DNA from: Dendrobates tinctorius
Lineage: Eukaryota
Direction: 5' to 3'
NCBI RefSeq assembly: GCF_039654945.1
Contig: NW_027361684.1
Location: forward strand, 87,420,001-87,484,000
Length of the DNA: 64,000 nt
The position numbers and the translations under genes are program-made. This document shows positions 1 through 12,253 of this stretch, piece by piece; within the stretch, counting starts at the first letter, position 1; each line of letters begins with the position of its first letter. Below the pieces are notes generated by a model. The model was not told where the DNA came from and did not search any database. It worked only from the letters and a program-made list of their open reading frames with translations.

Positions 1-413
1 ATGTCTACAGTTTCCAAACTAGGTGAGCCACCTATAGCTTTGAGTTGCTTTATAAAAGTTTTCTCTTTGCTTTTTTTTTTTAGTAAGGACGTCATGAGCT
101 TACTGCTTCTGTTGCCATGGAGATAAAACCTCTGTCGACTTCTCAAATATATCTTGGCTGGCTGAATATTTAAAAGATTCCTCAACTCCTGTCTAAGTTT
201 TGCTAAGTATAAAAGGAAAAAGATAGCTAGCTCACCAAAAATGAGATTATATGCGGATCAGTCACAAACGTAAAGCTGGACCTTTTTTCCACTTTGTTCT
301 AAGTTTTGCTAACTCCTCCTGGATTTTGTTCGCCTGAGACCGCTTATGAATTTTTTCAAAAGAGTTGATCTGGTGAAGAATTGAGTCAATTTTAATTTAT
401 CTTTCTTTTTTCA

Positions 414-746
414 GGTACGAGCCCAGCGACACAAATTCGCCTCTCATGACGGCTTTATGTGCTTCCCACACGTTAGCCGTCAGTGGGCCCAAGGAGGAGT
501 TTTCCCTAAAAAAGGTAAAAAAAAAGGTGTACGCTGGTTTCCAAGGTAAACAGCGGGATCCAGGAGCCACGACTCCTGGATACCCGATGTTTACATTAGA
601 AACCAGCGTCCACCGTCACTGGCCCTGATCGCTGGAGGGGCTGTCTTGTGACAGCTCAATAGCGATCAGCCTAACGATGTCCCAGCGATCCCATCATGTC
701 GGATCGTTGGTGGGATCGCTGGGACATCGTTATGTGTAACGGGGCC
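414..746. mobile_element. Truncated MITE (Harbinger-like) at a deletion in L1 ORF2
   Basis: Internal palindrome aacgatgtcccagcgatccca...tgggatcgctgggacatcgtt; right end tgtgtaacggggcc|tta; sequence unrelated to L1. Confidence 0.55.
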
Positions 747-749
747 TTA

Positions 750-1275
750 AGATGTAATTTTCTTAGGGCTTTTTGTGGGAGAGAAGATTTCCCCGTTGAA
801 GTGTCTATTAGTAAGTTCAGTGAAATGTTAAGATCTCCCCCCACTATCAGAAGACCCTCGGAGAGCAAACGTAAAGTGCTCAATACCTTGCACAACCAGC
901 TAATTTGATTGGTATTTGGGGCATATAAATTGCATAATGTGATTTTTGTGTTGGCTAAAAGGCCTTTAAGCATTATATATCTCCCCTCTGGGTCAGACAG
1001 GGTGTCTTTCAGCTTAAAGGGTATATCTTTCCGAAATGCTATGCTCACTCCTTTTGTTGCTTTGGTACCTGTACTATGGTACCATATTGGGAAGCGAGTC
1101 CTAGTAACATCAGGGACCCGACCACTTTTAATGTGAGTTTCTTGTAAGAATAGAATACCAGAATTCTTTGAATGTAAAAACCTTAATATTTGACCACATT
1201 TACTTGGCGACCCCATGCCCTTTACATTATAGGAAGCCACAACTACTGTGGCTGACTTGGAATTGTTAGCTATGT
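750..1275 (-). pseudogene. L1 ORF2 N-terminal AP endonuclease fragment
   Basis: ORF 671..1477 contains VASYNVKGMGSP, ILFLQETH, CNLYAPN, IVGGDLN. It is truncated at the MITE; decayed ORF2 resumes below 413. Confidence 0.9.
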
Positions 1276-1599
1276 CCCAAATACGAGTAATAAGAAAACA
1301 GGTTCTATGCGTGCACCTCATCAGCATATTAACCAAAACAACAAAAATAACTACACAACGTAAGTATACATATAAATGACCTGTCCGCAGTAGAGGTGGG
1401 GGGTCGCAACATCCTCCCATGGCGGACAAGTTGGTTCGTCCCATGACTACAGGCGGCAACCTGTGTAAAGAAAACATTGTAAATTAGGCTTTTTTTTTTT
1501 TGTGCTAACATGCTTAAGCATAAGGTAAATTATGACCAGTCAACTTAGAGATGGCCACAACTGTAGGGTGCCAGGATCCCAGGGGAGGATTAGAGTGGT

Positions 1600-2148
1600 A
1601 AGCCAAGATCTCAGGGAGGTTGCTTCTTCTTTACAGTAGATCTGGCCTGTTTAGGTGATGTAAGTTTCTTTACTGGGGTCCATTCCCCCTGGTCTCTCGG
1701 GAAAGGTGGTAGAAGCGTTGGAGCTTGAAGATCTAAATCCAAGGGCAACCAGGAAGGTACATGCACCTCCGGGATGTTGAAGGATTCCCAAACCTTTGGA
1801 AGATCATCTGTATGTCACCTGCTTTCCTCCGCTGTGTATCGCCAGGCCAAACGGAAATAGCCACCTGTATAGTATTTTGTTCGGTCGAAGGACATCCAGA
1901 AGGGGCTTTAGAATTCTGCGCTTGGCCAGAGTCGATGGGGTCAGATCCTGGTACAATTGTACGGGTACTCCCTCATAGGATATAGCTCTATTGTCCCGGG
2001 AAGCAAACAGAATTGCGGAGGTGTAAATGTAACTTAGTAGGCCACAGATAACATCCCTTGGCGGATCTGAAGGCTTTTGTTTTTGGCCTAAGTGAACGAT
2101 GGACTCGTTCAATGACTATTTGTTCACATCTTTCCTGTGGTAGTAGTA
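1600..2148 (-). pseudogene. L1 ORF1 C-terminal half (frameshifted)
   Basis: LLPQERCEQIVIERVHRSL / PSDPPRDVICGLL...VQLYQDLTPSTLAKRR...YRWLFPFGL. Joins the 8015-8562 part across the TSD. Confidence 0.85.
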
Positions 2149-2651
2149 AATGAGAATTGTGGTATACATGATGTGTATAGGGCCAAAAAAAAGCCACAAT
2201 GGATCACATGGCGGATAGAATACGCCAATACACATATACATAAAGGACAATTGATAAAGACAACTGCAATCACAATGCAAATGTACAAAAACGAAAGGCC
2301 AGCAGTCAAAATGTCTTAAAATTATAATATTTTATTAGTAATTAAGTAATATAGTAAGACATAGGTACATGGAAAAGGGGGAGGGGGACAAAAACCCGCA
2401 AATGGCTGAAAAAAGGCCTAGCATGGCATCCCCATCTCCCAGGAATACAATCCCATGTGGTCGTACCACAAGACAACAATTATAGTAGTCATATAATTCA
2501 GTAATTGTAATATATATCTGCGTATCAAGCCGAGATTCAGAGAGCTTACTATAAATAGAGGTATCTAGAAACGATATTCATAATATCTAGACCTACAAGG
2601 GATCTGTAGTATTACCTGGACAGAGTGGGGTTAAACCATGCAGCGGCCGGA

Positions 2652-2694
2652 CCCCGACGCGCGTTTCGGAGCGTGCTGCTCCTTCCTCAGGGGG
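2652..2694 (-). ncRNA. Minimal type I hammerhead ribozyme, intact (left pLTR)
   Basis: Minus strand CCCC-CUGAGGA-A-GGAGC(agcac)GCUCC-GAAA-CGCGCG-UC^GGGG; palindromic stem III ACGCGCGU. Confidence 0.9.
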
Positions 2695-3800
2695 CGTGAC
2701 CGGCAGCGTCAGCGTATGACGTTTATATCATGCCAGAACAAAGACTATTGGATGCGCCGCCTAACTGACATGACCGAGGCAGCGCCCCCTCCCGGCGAAC
2801 CGGAAACACGCGGGCCCCACGTGATCCGGGACGTCAGAGAGAGGGAGCAGCCATCGGGCCGACCAGTAGGCAACTGCGCATGACAGGAAGTGCAAAATCC
2901 GCCATTTTGGAAAAGGGATTATAGAAGGAAATAAGAACGGGAAAACTAAACGAACATATGATAAAGCATAATTATAAAACAAAAATCAAAAGACACATGT
3001 ATAGAAATGTTCATAATCAAAACTCAGATTAGTCCCCATAACGTGGAGGGAAAGACACTTAACATCTAGGTCGGTGTGTGACAATGAGAAGGACCATGTA
3101 GCAACCTCATGAAACACTATATAATAGTGCCAGTAAGACAATTTAGACGTAATAGTGCCCAAAATGTGTACCAAATATAGTGTACCTGAATAATTATTTA
3201 ATAATATATATGTGTATAATAGATCGACATAGATCAAAAGGGCACCATAAGGTTAAAAAATTAATATATGTGGGAACCCTACTGAAGGATATATAGAGAA
3301 AATAGGGGCATACCACAATAAACTCACATATGGCACAATATTGTCCCAAGCGAGCATGTCCACACTGGCACATATATAGTACAACACGCACGCCGCCACA
3401 TGCACATACATGGGATATACACATCTGGACATAATAGATGTCCCAAAAGGGACCCAACTGAAAAAAGCAATAGTTATATGAACACAAATATAATCACGAC
3501 AAATTGACCAAAAAATATAACATAAAAGATTCCAATATAAATGTCCATGTGGCGAACTGCGTCAGCCACCAGGATGAACAAGTGTCTTCACACGAAAGAA
3601 TCTTCATTAGTTCTACTCCATCCATTTTAACATCTTGCTATTGAAGACTTCCTCCAAAAATAGCATAGTGGACAATCCAATAGTGAATGAAATATGTCTA
3701 AATATTAAAGAAAAAAAAAAAAAAGGTTAAAACCAATAAAATAGAAAAATAGGAAAGCTAAAAAGCCACAGTGATAAATCAAATGTTCAGCAAGCGGGAA

Positions 3801-4849
3801 CTATAGAAATGGGGCGAAGGATATGTTCGCATTCAGACCGTTTGGTTGCATAGTGCCCAGTCTCCATATCCACCGGGTTTCAAGTTGAGCTAGGCGGCCA
3901 GATAATTTACCACCCCTTATGTTTATTTTAAGAGAATCAATACCCCTAACTCTAAGTGATGCAGAGATACACTGATGAAACTCCTTAAAATGTCTAGGCA
4001 ATGTTTTTAGAAGGGAGTCATCGGTGCAAGACAGAGCAGCCTGTATACCTAGTACATGTTCCCTTGTACGGACTTTCAGCTGCCTTGTGGTCATGCCCAC
4101 ATAAATTAGTCCACAAGGACACGTAGCATGGTATATCACGTATCGAGAGGTGCATGATATCCGACACTTGATCTTAAATGTTTTTGTACCATCATGGTTA
4201 ACAAACGAATTACACTGTTCAATGTTTGGACAAGCCACACACCTCCCACATGGCGAACAACCATGCCCAGTTGAAAACGCATCCAAGAAGGTGGGCATCG
4301 GACGATGGACATAGTGACTAGTCACAAGTTTATCTCGTAAATTGCTAGCCCGCCTAAATGTAATGGAGGGAAACTTGGGAATGATTTTAGCTAAGATAGG
4401 ATCAGCCTGTAAAATCGGCCACGCCTTCCTCAATGCCGTGCGGACCATCCCATGAGACGGATGAAACGAGGTAATAAACCTCACAGTGTTCTCATTTTTG
4501 CGTGTCTTAACTGATGTATTCCTGTAGAGAAGGTCATTTCGAGTCGAGTATCTCGCGCGTTGGTAGGCTTTCTTGACACAGCGTTTACTGTATCCGCGTG
4601 ACAAGAAACGTGCTTGTAACTCTTTAGCTCTCGTATGGAAGTCACTATCTGAAGAGCAAATTCGACGTAACCGCAAGAACTGCCCCACAGGAATGGCCTT
4701 AATGAGATGATCCGGATGGCAAGAGGAGGCGTGGAGGAGAGAGTTAGTGGCTGTATCCTTGCGGTAAATATCTGTTTGAATGACCCCATCCACATCTCTC
4801 CTGATAGAGACATCAAGAAAGTTAATTTTAGATGGATCCCATGTCAAGG
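3801..4849 (-). pseudogene. Inverted duplicate of the RT thumb + GIY-YIG region
   Basis: ORF 3801..4877 matches the C-terminal part of 4832..6487 except three residues (I/N, A/E, A/T). Confidence 0.95.
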
Positions 4850-6487
4850 CCATCCAGGTGTCCACCCGGCAGACCAATAGTATCGGGGAGGGGAAACTTT
4901 CTCGAAAATGTTAACAAATGGATCGACCATCTTCTTCAGCCGCTGGTTACTAGTTTACCCTCTTTCCTCAAAGACACGGGTGATCTCTTACGTAAGGTCG
5001 ACGGACTATGTTTGGAGAGTGATACTCTTCTGGCTTCAGTGGATGTTGAGTCTCTATATACAAGCATTAGACACCTGGATGGCCTGCGGGCAGTCCAATT
5101 CTTTCTCAGTACATCCACGATCCCGTTGGGTCTCAGAGACCTCATCCTGGAGCTATTAGAGTTCACTCTCACGCACAACTTTTTTGTGTTCAAGGGGTCG
5201 TTTTACCTGCAGCTCCAGGGGACTGCCATGGGGGCGGCCTTTGCGCCATCCTATGCCAACCTCTTCCTGGGGCTGTGGGAGAGGGACCTCTTCTTGTCTG
5301 ATGGACAGGGGTCGATTGACCGTGTTCCATTTTGGGCACGCTATATCAACGACATCTTGTTTCTCTGGCAGGGTAGTTCCGTCGACCTTATGGAATTCGT
5401 GTCTGTTCTGAACCTCAATAATTTTAACATCAAACTTACCTTGACATGGGATCCATCTAAAATTAACTTTCTTGATGTCTCTATCAGGAGAGATGTGGAT
5501 GGGGTCATTCAAACAGATATTTACCGCAAGGATACAGCCACTAACTCTCTCCTCCACGCCTCCTCTTGCCATCCGGATCATCTCATTAAGGCCATTCCTG
5601 TGGGGCAGTTCTTGCGGTTACGTCGAATTTGCTCTTCAGATAGTGACTTCCATACGAGAGCTAAAGAGTTACAAGCACGTTTCTTGTCACGCGGATACAG
5701 TAAACGCTGTGTCAAGAAAGCCTACCAACGCGCGAGATACTCGACTCGAAATGACCTTCTCTACAGGAATACATCAGTTAAGACACGCAAAAATGAGAAC
5801 ACTGTGAGGTTTATTACCTCGTTTCATCCGTCTCATGGGATGGTCCGCACGGCATTGAGGAAGGCGTGGCCGATTTTACAGGCTGATCCTATCTTAGCTA
5901 AAATCATTCCCAAGTTTCCCTCCATTACATTTAGGCGGGCTAGCAATTTACGAGATAAACTTGTGACTAGTCACTATGTCCATCGTCCGATGCCCACCTT
6001 CTTGGATGCGTTTTCAACTGGGCATGGTTGTTCGCCATGTGGGAGGTGTGTGGCTTGTCCAAACATTGAACAGTGTAATTCGTTTGTTAACCATGATGGT
6101 ACAAAAACATTTAAGATCAAGTGTCGGATATCATGCACCTCTCGATACGTGATATACCATGCTACGTGTCCTTGTGGACTAATTTATGTGGGCATGACCA
6201 CAAGGCAGCTGAAAGTCCGTACAAGGGAACATGTACTAGGTATACAGGCTGCTCTGTCTTGCACCGATGACTCCCTTCTAAAAACATTGCCTAGACATTT
6301 TAAGGAGTTTCATCAGTGTAACTCTGCATCACTTAGAGTTAGGGGTATTGATTCTCTTAAAATAAACATAAGGGGTGGTAAATTATCTGGCCGCCTAGCT
6401 CAACTTGAAACCCGGTGGATATGGAGACTGGGCACTATGCAACCAAACGGTCTGAATGAGAACATATCCTTCACCCCATTTCTATAG
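4850..6487 (+). pseudogene. 5'-truncated Penelope-like RT + Cys-rich linker + GIY-YIG endonuclease; catalytic YIDD mutated to YIND
   Basis: PPGRPIVSG, DVESLYTSI, QGTAMGAAFAPSYANLF, RYINDI, NFLDV, YRKDT, CSPCGRCVAC linker, VIYHATCPCGLIYVGMTTR...REH, E..W...PNGLN. Confidence 0.95.
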
Positions 6488-7379
6488 TTCCCGCTTGCTG
6501 AACATTTGATTTATCACTGTGGCTTTTTAGCTTTCCTATTTTTCTATTTTATTGGTTTTAACCTTTTTTTTTTTTTTTTCTTTAATATTTAGACATATTT
6601 CATTCACTATTGGATTGTCCACTATGCTATTTTTGGAGGAAGTCTTCAATAGCAAGATGTTAAAATGGATGGAGTAGAACTAATGAAGATTCTTTCGTGT
6701 GAAGACACTTGTTCATCCTGGTGGCTGACGCAGTTCGCCACATGGACATTTATATTGGAATCTTTTATGTTATATTTTTTGGTCAATTTGTCGTGATTAT
6801 ATTTGTGTTCATATAACTATTGCTTTTTTCAGTTGGGTCCCTTTTGGGACATCTATTATGTCCAGATGTGTATATCCCATGTATGTGCATGTGGCGGCGT
6901 GCGTGTTGTACTATATATGTGCCAGTGTGGACATGCTCGCTTGGGACAATATTGTGCCATATGTGAGTTTATTGTGGTATGCCCCTATTTTCTCTATATA
7001 TCCTTCAGTAGGGTTCCCACATATATTAATTTTTTAACCTTATGGTGCCCTTTTGATCTATGTCGATCTATTATACACATATATATTATTAAATAATTAT
7101 TCAGGTACACTATATTTGGTACACATTTTGGGCACTATTACGTCTAAATTGTCTTACTGGCACTATTATATAGTGTTTCATGAGGTTGCTACATGGTCCT
7201 TCTCATTGTCACACACCGACCTAGATGTTAAGTGTCTTTCCCTCCACGTTATGGGGACTAATCTGAGTTTTGATTATGAACATTTCTATACATGTGTCTT
7301 TTGATTTTTGTTTTATAATTATGCTTTATCATATGTTCGTTTAGTTTTCCCGTTCTTATTTCCTTCTATAATCCCTTTT

Positions 7380-7595
7380 CCAAAATGGCGGATTTTGCAC
7401 TTCCTGTCATGCGCAGTTGCCTACTGGTCGGCCCGATGGCTGCTCCCTCTCTCTGACGTCCCGGATCACGTGGGGCCCGCGTGTTTCCGGTTCGCCGGGA
7501 GGGGGCGCTGCCTCGGTCATGTCAGTTAGGCGGCGCATCCAATAGTCTTTGTTCTGGCATGATATAAACGTCATACGCTGACGCTGCCGGTCACG
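7380..7595 (+). promoter_or_regulatory. Putative pLTR Pol II promoter (mirror copy at ~2695-2910, minus)
   Basis: CpG-rich block with AAAATGGCGG (YY1-like), ACTTCCTG (ETS), TGACGTC, CACGTG, CCAAT and TATAAA (7563-7568) about 30 nt upstream of the HHR. Confidence 0.6.
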
Positions 7596-7638
7596 CCCCC
7601 TGAGGAAGGAGCAGCACGCTCCGAAACGCGCGTCAGGG
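7596..7638 (+). ncRNA. Minimal type I hammerhead ribozyme (right pLTR), mismatch at first stem I pair
   Basis: CCCC-CTGAGGA-A-GGAGC(agcac)GCTCC-GAAA-CGCGCG-TC^AGGG; G>A at 7635 relative to the left copy. Confidence 0.88.
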
Positions 7639-8014
7639 TCCGGCCGCTGCATGGTTTAACCCCACTCTGTCCAGGTAATACTACAGATCCCTTGTAGGTC
7701 TAGATATTATGAATATCGTTTCTAGATACCTCTATTTATAGTAAGCTCTCTGAATCTCGGCTTGATACGCAGATATATATTACAATTACTGAATTATATG
7801 ACTACTATAATTGTTGTCTTGTGGTACGACCACATGGGATTGTATTCCTGGGAGATGGGGATGCCATGCTAGGCCTTTTTTCAGCCATTTGCGGGTTTTT
7901 GTCCCCCTCCCCCTTTTCCATGTACCTATGTCTTACTATATTACTTAATTACTAATAAAATATTATAATTTTAAGACATTTTGACTGCTGGCCTTTCGTT
8001 TTTGTACATTTGCA

Positions 8015-8562
8015 CTGTGGTAGTAGTAGTACAAATATTTCTATGGTTGCTTTTTCAAGTGTTTCAGTGAAGACGCTTTCTGGTACCCCTTTTATTCTGA
8101 TATTTTTCCCACGACTCCGGTTTTCCTGATCTTCCAGGGCAAGAAAGGTATTATTCAGCTGGGTTCTGTTGTAGTCCAAATGATCTTTTGTGATATTAGA
8201 GTGGTTTATAAGTGAGGATTGAACAGACTCCAAGGACTCCACTCTATTGCCGATTAGCTGTATGTCTGCCCTCATACCAGATATTTCAGTAATCAAAGGC
8301 TTCATTGCTTGCGCCAAAGATTTTTTAAGAAAGGACTTTGAGATCCTGCTCGATTCTGGTTGTTTAGATCACTGCCCGAAGCATCATCACTCCACTCCGA
8401 ATCCTCCATACGCTCCTCAGTTGTAATATGCAGTCGAGGATTTTTCAGTGTGGCCCGGGTAGATGAGGTTTTATTTTTTAAGAATTTATCCATCTCATTT
8501 TGTTTGACTTGATGTATTGCTGAAGCCAGAATTTTTTCTCGCTCTTTATGAGATTTAACCAT
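8015..8562 (-). pseudogene. L1 ORF1 N-terminal half (frameshifted)
   Basis: MVKSHKE... then a coiled-coil region and LEDQENRSRGKNIRIKGVPE. Confidence 0.85.
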
Positions 8563-8711
8563 TATTTCTGTGTATAGCGCTCTTTCTATGGGTCACCGTA
8601 TGTGCATGGGGGTGGTGTTTAGATCCACATTATAAAGACAGTGGTAATCACCCTGCTTCTAGAGGCCTAGTAACAAGAAAAGAGACTTAATAGCCTAGGC
8701 CTAGTAACAAG

Positions 8712-9035
8712 AAAAGAGACTTAATAGCTGTCTACAAATATCCAAAGGGCTGTAACATTGTAGAAGGATCAACTTTATTCTCATTTGCACAAGGAAAGAC
8801 TAGAAGCAATGGGATGAAACTGAATGGGAGGAGACACAGATTAGATATTAGAAAAAATTTGTTGACAGTTAGAGTGATCAATGAGTGGAACAGGCTGCCA
8901 TGAGAAGTGGTGAGTTCTCCTTCAATGGAAGTCTTCAAACAGAGGCTGGACAGACATCTGACTGGGATGATTTCGCGAATCCTGCTTTGACCAGATGGCC
9001 CAGGAGGTCCCTTCCAACTCTACGATTCTATGATT
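8712..9035 (+). mobile_element. CR1 LINE 3' fragment inside the L1 5'UTR
   Basis: RDLIAVYKY...VINEWNRLP...FKQRLDRHL and the CR1 tail ggtcccttccaactctacgattctatgatt. Confidence 0.85.
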
Positions 9036-9750
9036 AAAATCAAAGGAGACAACCTCTGTTATATGTATGCTGGAATAAGGAGCTCCAAGAATCAAGGCTC
9101 CTGTGTTTCTGTTATCCAGTGAGCTGGGGAGTGGTGGGTGAAGAGCAAACAAGCGACACCAGGAAGGCTAGCAAGATCCAGCTAACCAACAGTTAATTTT
9201 AAGCGCTTCTTCCAGGGACTCCTGTAGTAGATAATATGGTGCCTTCTGCACTCTGTGGGGGCCCTGGACAGTGGGGAGGGAAAAAGCAGGGTTCCGTTGT
9301 TTTCTCGTTTCCGAGTGCTCCCCTTACAGCAAACTGACGTCCACAATGGCGCACAGGGCCCAGTCTCTCTGCCCTGCACCCGGATGCAGCCCACTGGTCT
9401 CAGGACAAGCGCCCCCCCCCCGCAAGCAGCACCGTGAGGCTCTCCAGCGCCAGGCGAGACCGCCGCGTCGGGTGAGTATCGCTCTCTTTGTATCAGCGGG
9501 CAGTCTGCGTGTCTTCGTCTCAGCGTGCCAGGGCAGGCTGCCCATGCTGCAAGATGGCGCGCTGTCAGGGCCCAGTGTCTCCCTCGGCACTAGTTCCGTC
9601 GCTGGCTGCCCCCAGACTCCCCTCCTGCGTATCTGTACCTTGTCTCTGCGATTTTAGATGCCCACTGGAATCAAAATATAACGTCCAGATATAAAAGAAA
9701 TGTCTCTTTAGTAGCCTGGGAGCGGGAGCTGAGCCAATATGCGTCCTCCC

Positions 9751-12251
9751 TGTTAGTGATCCAGGCCACTCCCCAAAAGTGTGATTACTTTTGTTTGGTT
9801 GTGATGCCATTTTCATCGTGATTTTAGTAAACTGGTGTGACGAGGTCAGCTTACGCTGAGTCGATTTCTTTAGAGTGGTCCATCTGGGTCGTGGCACCCA
9901 CCCACCTAGGGCGAGCTGACCTTGTGAGGAACCACCCCCTATACAGGGAGTGTCAGGGGCAAGACCAAGGGGGTGAGCCACCACGACTGCTGGAACCAGA
10001 CGGCTGGCTCAAGTAGACACTAGGTACGAGTGTCTTACGACAAAGGACGTGCAGGAAACAAGACAAGACAATACATGAATTCAAGGTATCTTCATTAAGG
10101 CAAATTCAGGATAACATTAAGTGCAAAACGTGATAACAGGCAAACACAGCAAGGTGCGTGCGTGGCACGCCCAGGTCCATGGCATGGTACATGCCAGAAG
10201 GTAAGCCCGGTTACCGGCAAGGACACGATGGCATCGGACTCCGGACAGCTGGCAAAGATCAGGGCATCAGGCTGCGGACACCAGCTCCGGACATCAGACC
10301 GCAGTCCTCATGCTTACGGTCTCTGGCAGTGATGGCAGGTTCCGAGAATCCAGCAGGCAAACCAGGGTACAGGCAAGGAGGCATGACAGATCTCCAGACA
10401 TGGTGCGTGTTAGGGAACATGCCGAGGTCCAAGGCAAGATTCCAGGCAGGGTGCGTGCTAGGGGCACACCAGGGTCCAGGGCAAGGTGCATGTGTAGGGG
10501 ACACGCCAGGTTCAACGTGCAAAGTATGGTGCGTGTGTATGGGACATGCCAGGGTTCAAAGTTCAACATACGAGACAGGGTGCGTGTGTAGAGACACGCC
10601 AGGGTTCAGAGTCCAAGGCAAGGTCCTGCGCGTGCTGAGGGACACGCCAGAGTCAGGGTACAAGGCAGAGTCCTGCGCGTGCAGAGGGGCACGCCAGGGT
10701 ATAGGCTAGGACCTGTGCGTGCTAGAGGGCACGACAGGGTACATGGCAAGACCTGCGCGCACTTTTACAGAAGCACGGGGAGGTATGCCACGGGGCAGGC
10801 GAGGGCCTGCGCGTGCTAATAGAGGAGCACGCAAACACAGTGCAGAGAGAGTATGGGTGCAAGGAAGCACAGAGAGCATGGCTGGGGCACTGGCTAGCTG
10901 GTTGGGCTGCAGCACAGAGAGGCGGGCACGACTCCAGCAAACCCAGCTGGAGCATAACAGGTGACACAGCTGTCACTGGTCGACGAGCACGGCTGAGGCA
11001 CAAGCAGGCAGGCACGGCTAGGGCGGGCACAGCTGAGGCACAAACAGGAGGCTAGGAAGGCCAGGCGCATGCAAAGAGCACACGAAGAAACAAGGCAAGG
11101 CAAGAACCAAGGCAAAGCTAGACTAGGTACGGAACAAGGACGGGAACGTAGGCAGAAGCACAGAGTGGGGTCAGAGAGAGAAAAGGGCTAGCAGCGGAGC
11201 GTAGGCGGAAGCCCAGACCCGGGTCAAGGGAGAACCTTGAGACTAGCCATGAAATGTGCTAGAGAGCACGATAGGACTGAGTCTTGCAGCGGAGCGTAGG
11301 CCGAAGCCCAGAGCCGGGTAAAGGCAGAACCTTGAGACTAGACATGGAATGTGCAAGAGAAGCACCATAGGTCAGAGAGCAGAGGAATGGTGCGTGTGCC
11401 AGGAGGCACAACAGAGCACCCTAGGTCAGAACAAGGAAGACCAGGCAGAAACAGGAAAGCGGAAGCAGTGCAAGGAAAGCACAGCATAGACAAAACATGG
11501 CAAAGCAGGCAAAGGCAGAGAACACAGGAAGGACTACAAGTCCAAGCATGACAGAGACAAAACATGGCACAAAGGACAACACAAGACAAGGCACGGAACA
11601 AGAGGCAGAGTACAAGCACAGAGCGTGTGCAGAGACGCACTACAGCGCAGAGTGCAGGGGCACACAATGCAGAGAGCGACCGAGCAGACCAAGCAGCCAT
11701 GCTCTGAAGCAACACAATACCCAGGCCCCGACCATAGGAAAGGGCGGTCTGATATAGGGCATTAGCACCTGCACTTCCGAGTCAGGACCAGGGGAGCACT
11801 TCCGGTTCAGATCCTCCGGGATCATAGAGAGCGTTGCTAGATCAGACTGGGCTGGACCATAGAGAAGGTCACATGATCAGGGGCTCTACAAACACTGAGA
11901 GGTTAGCTGGGTCAGGCAGTGCTGGAACATAGGAAAGGTCACATGATCAGGGGCTCCAGGAATACAGAGAGGATTGCAGAATCAGATCAGAGACGGATGG
12001 TTACCTAGCAACAGCGTGCAGCCATGAGGTAAGGCACGCGTGCACACTGCTCCAGGCATCTTGCAGCACAACAGTCATGAGGTGTGTGTGCACACTGCTT
12101 CCAGGGATCTTGCAGCATGACACATATCGGGCATGAGAATTCAGTGCACGTGCAAACTGCTCCAGGGGTCATGCGGCACAACAGACATGGCGGGCATGAC
12201 AGGCATAACGGACATGGCGGGCATGACAACTGGAAGCAAATGGTTGTCATC
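9751..12251 (-). mobile_element. Long LTR-like remnant with internal degenerate tandem repeats
   Basis: Starts with TG (tgttagtgatcc); repeated gtgcgtgt...cacgccaggg units; no retroviral ORF; other end not found. Confidence 0.45.
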
Positions 12252-12253
12252 TA

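Larger units (their letters stand above)
2149..8014. mobile_element. Penelope-like (Neptune-type) retroelement, head-to-head inverted insertion: minus arm 2149-4849, plus arm 4850-8014
   Basis: 14-bp TSD ctgtggtagtagta (2135-2148, 8015-8028). Near-identical inverted arms 2276-4849 and 5439-8014. RT + GIY-YIG ORF; one HHR in each pLTR. Confidence 0.95.
1..9750 (-). mobile_element. Decayed L1 LINE (5'UTR, ORF1, start of ORF2), interrupted by a Penelope-like element, a CR1 fragment and a MITE; continues past the window start
   Basis: ORF1 pieces at 8562-8015 (LEDQENRSRGKNIRIKGVPE) and 2148-~1600 (IERVHRSL, PRDVIC, QLYQDL, YRWLFPF). ORF2 APE motifs SYNVKG, LQETH, NLYAPN, GGDLN at ~1270-750. CpG-rich 5'UTR at ~9200-9750. 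Confidence 0.9.

Noticed and set aside
4832-6487. 551-aa ORF as an intact active RT gene
   Set aside because: The ATG comes from the inverted arm, the N-terminus is missing, and the catalytic motif is YIND.
10158-11825. Overlapping ORFs in the LTR-like region
   Set aside because: Low-complexity repeats with no recognisable domain.
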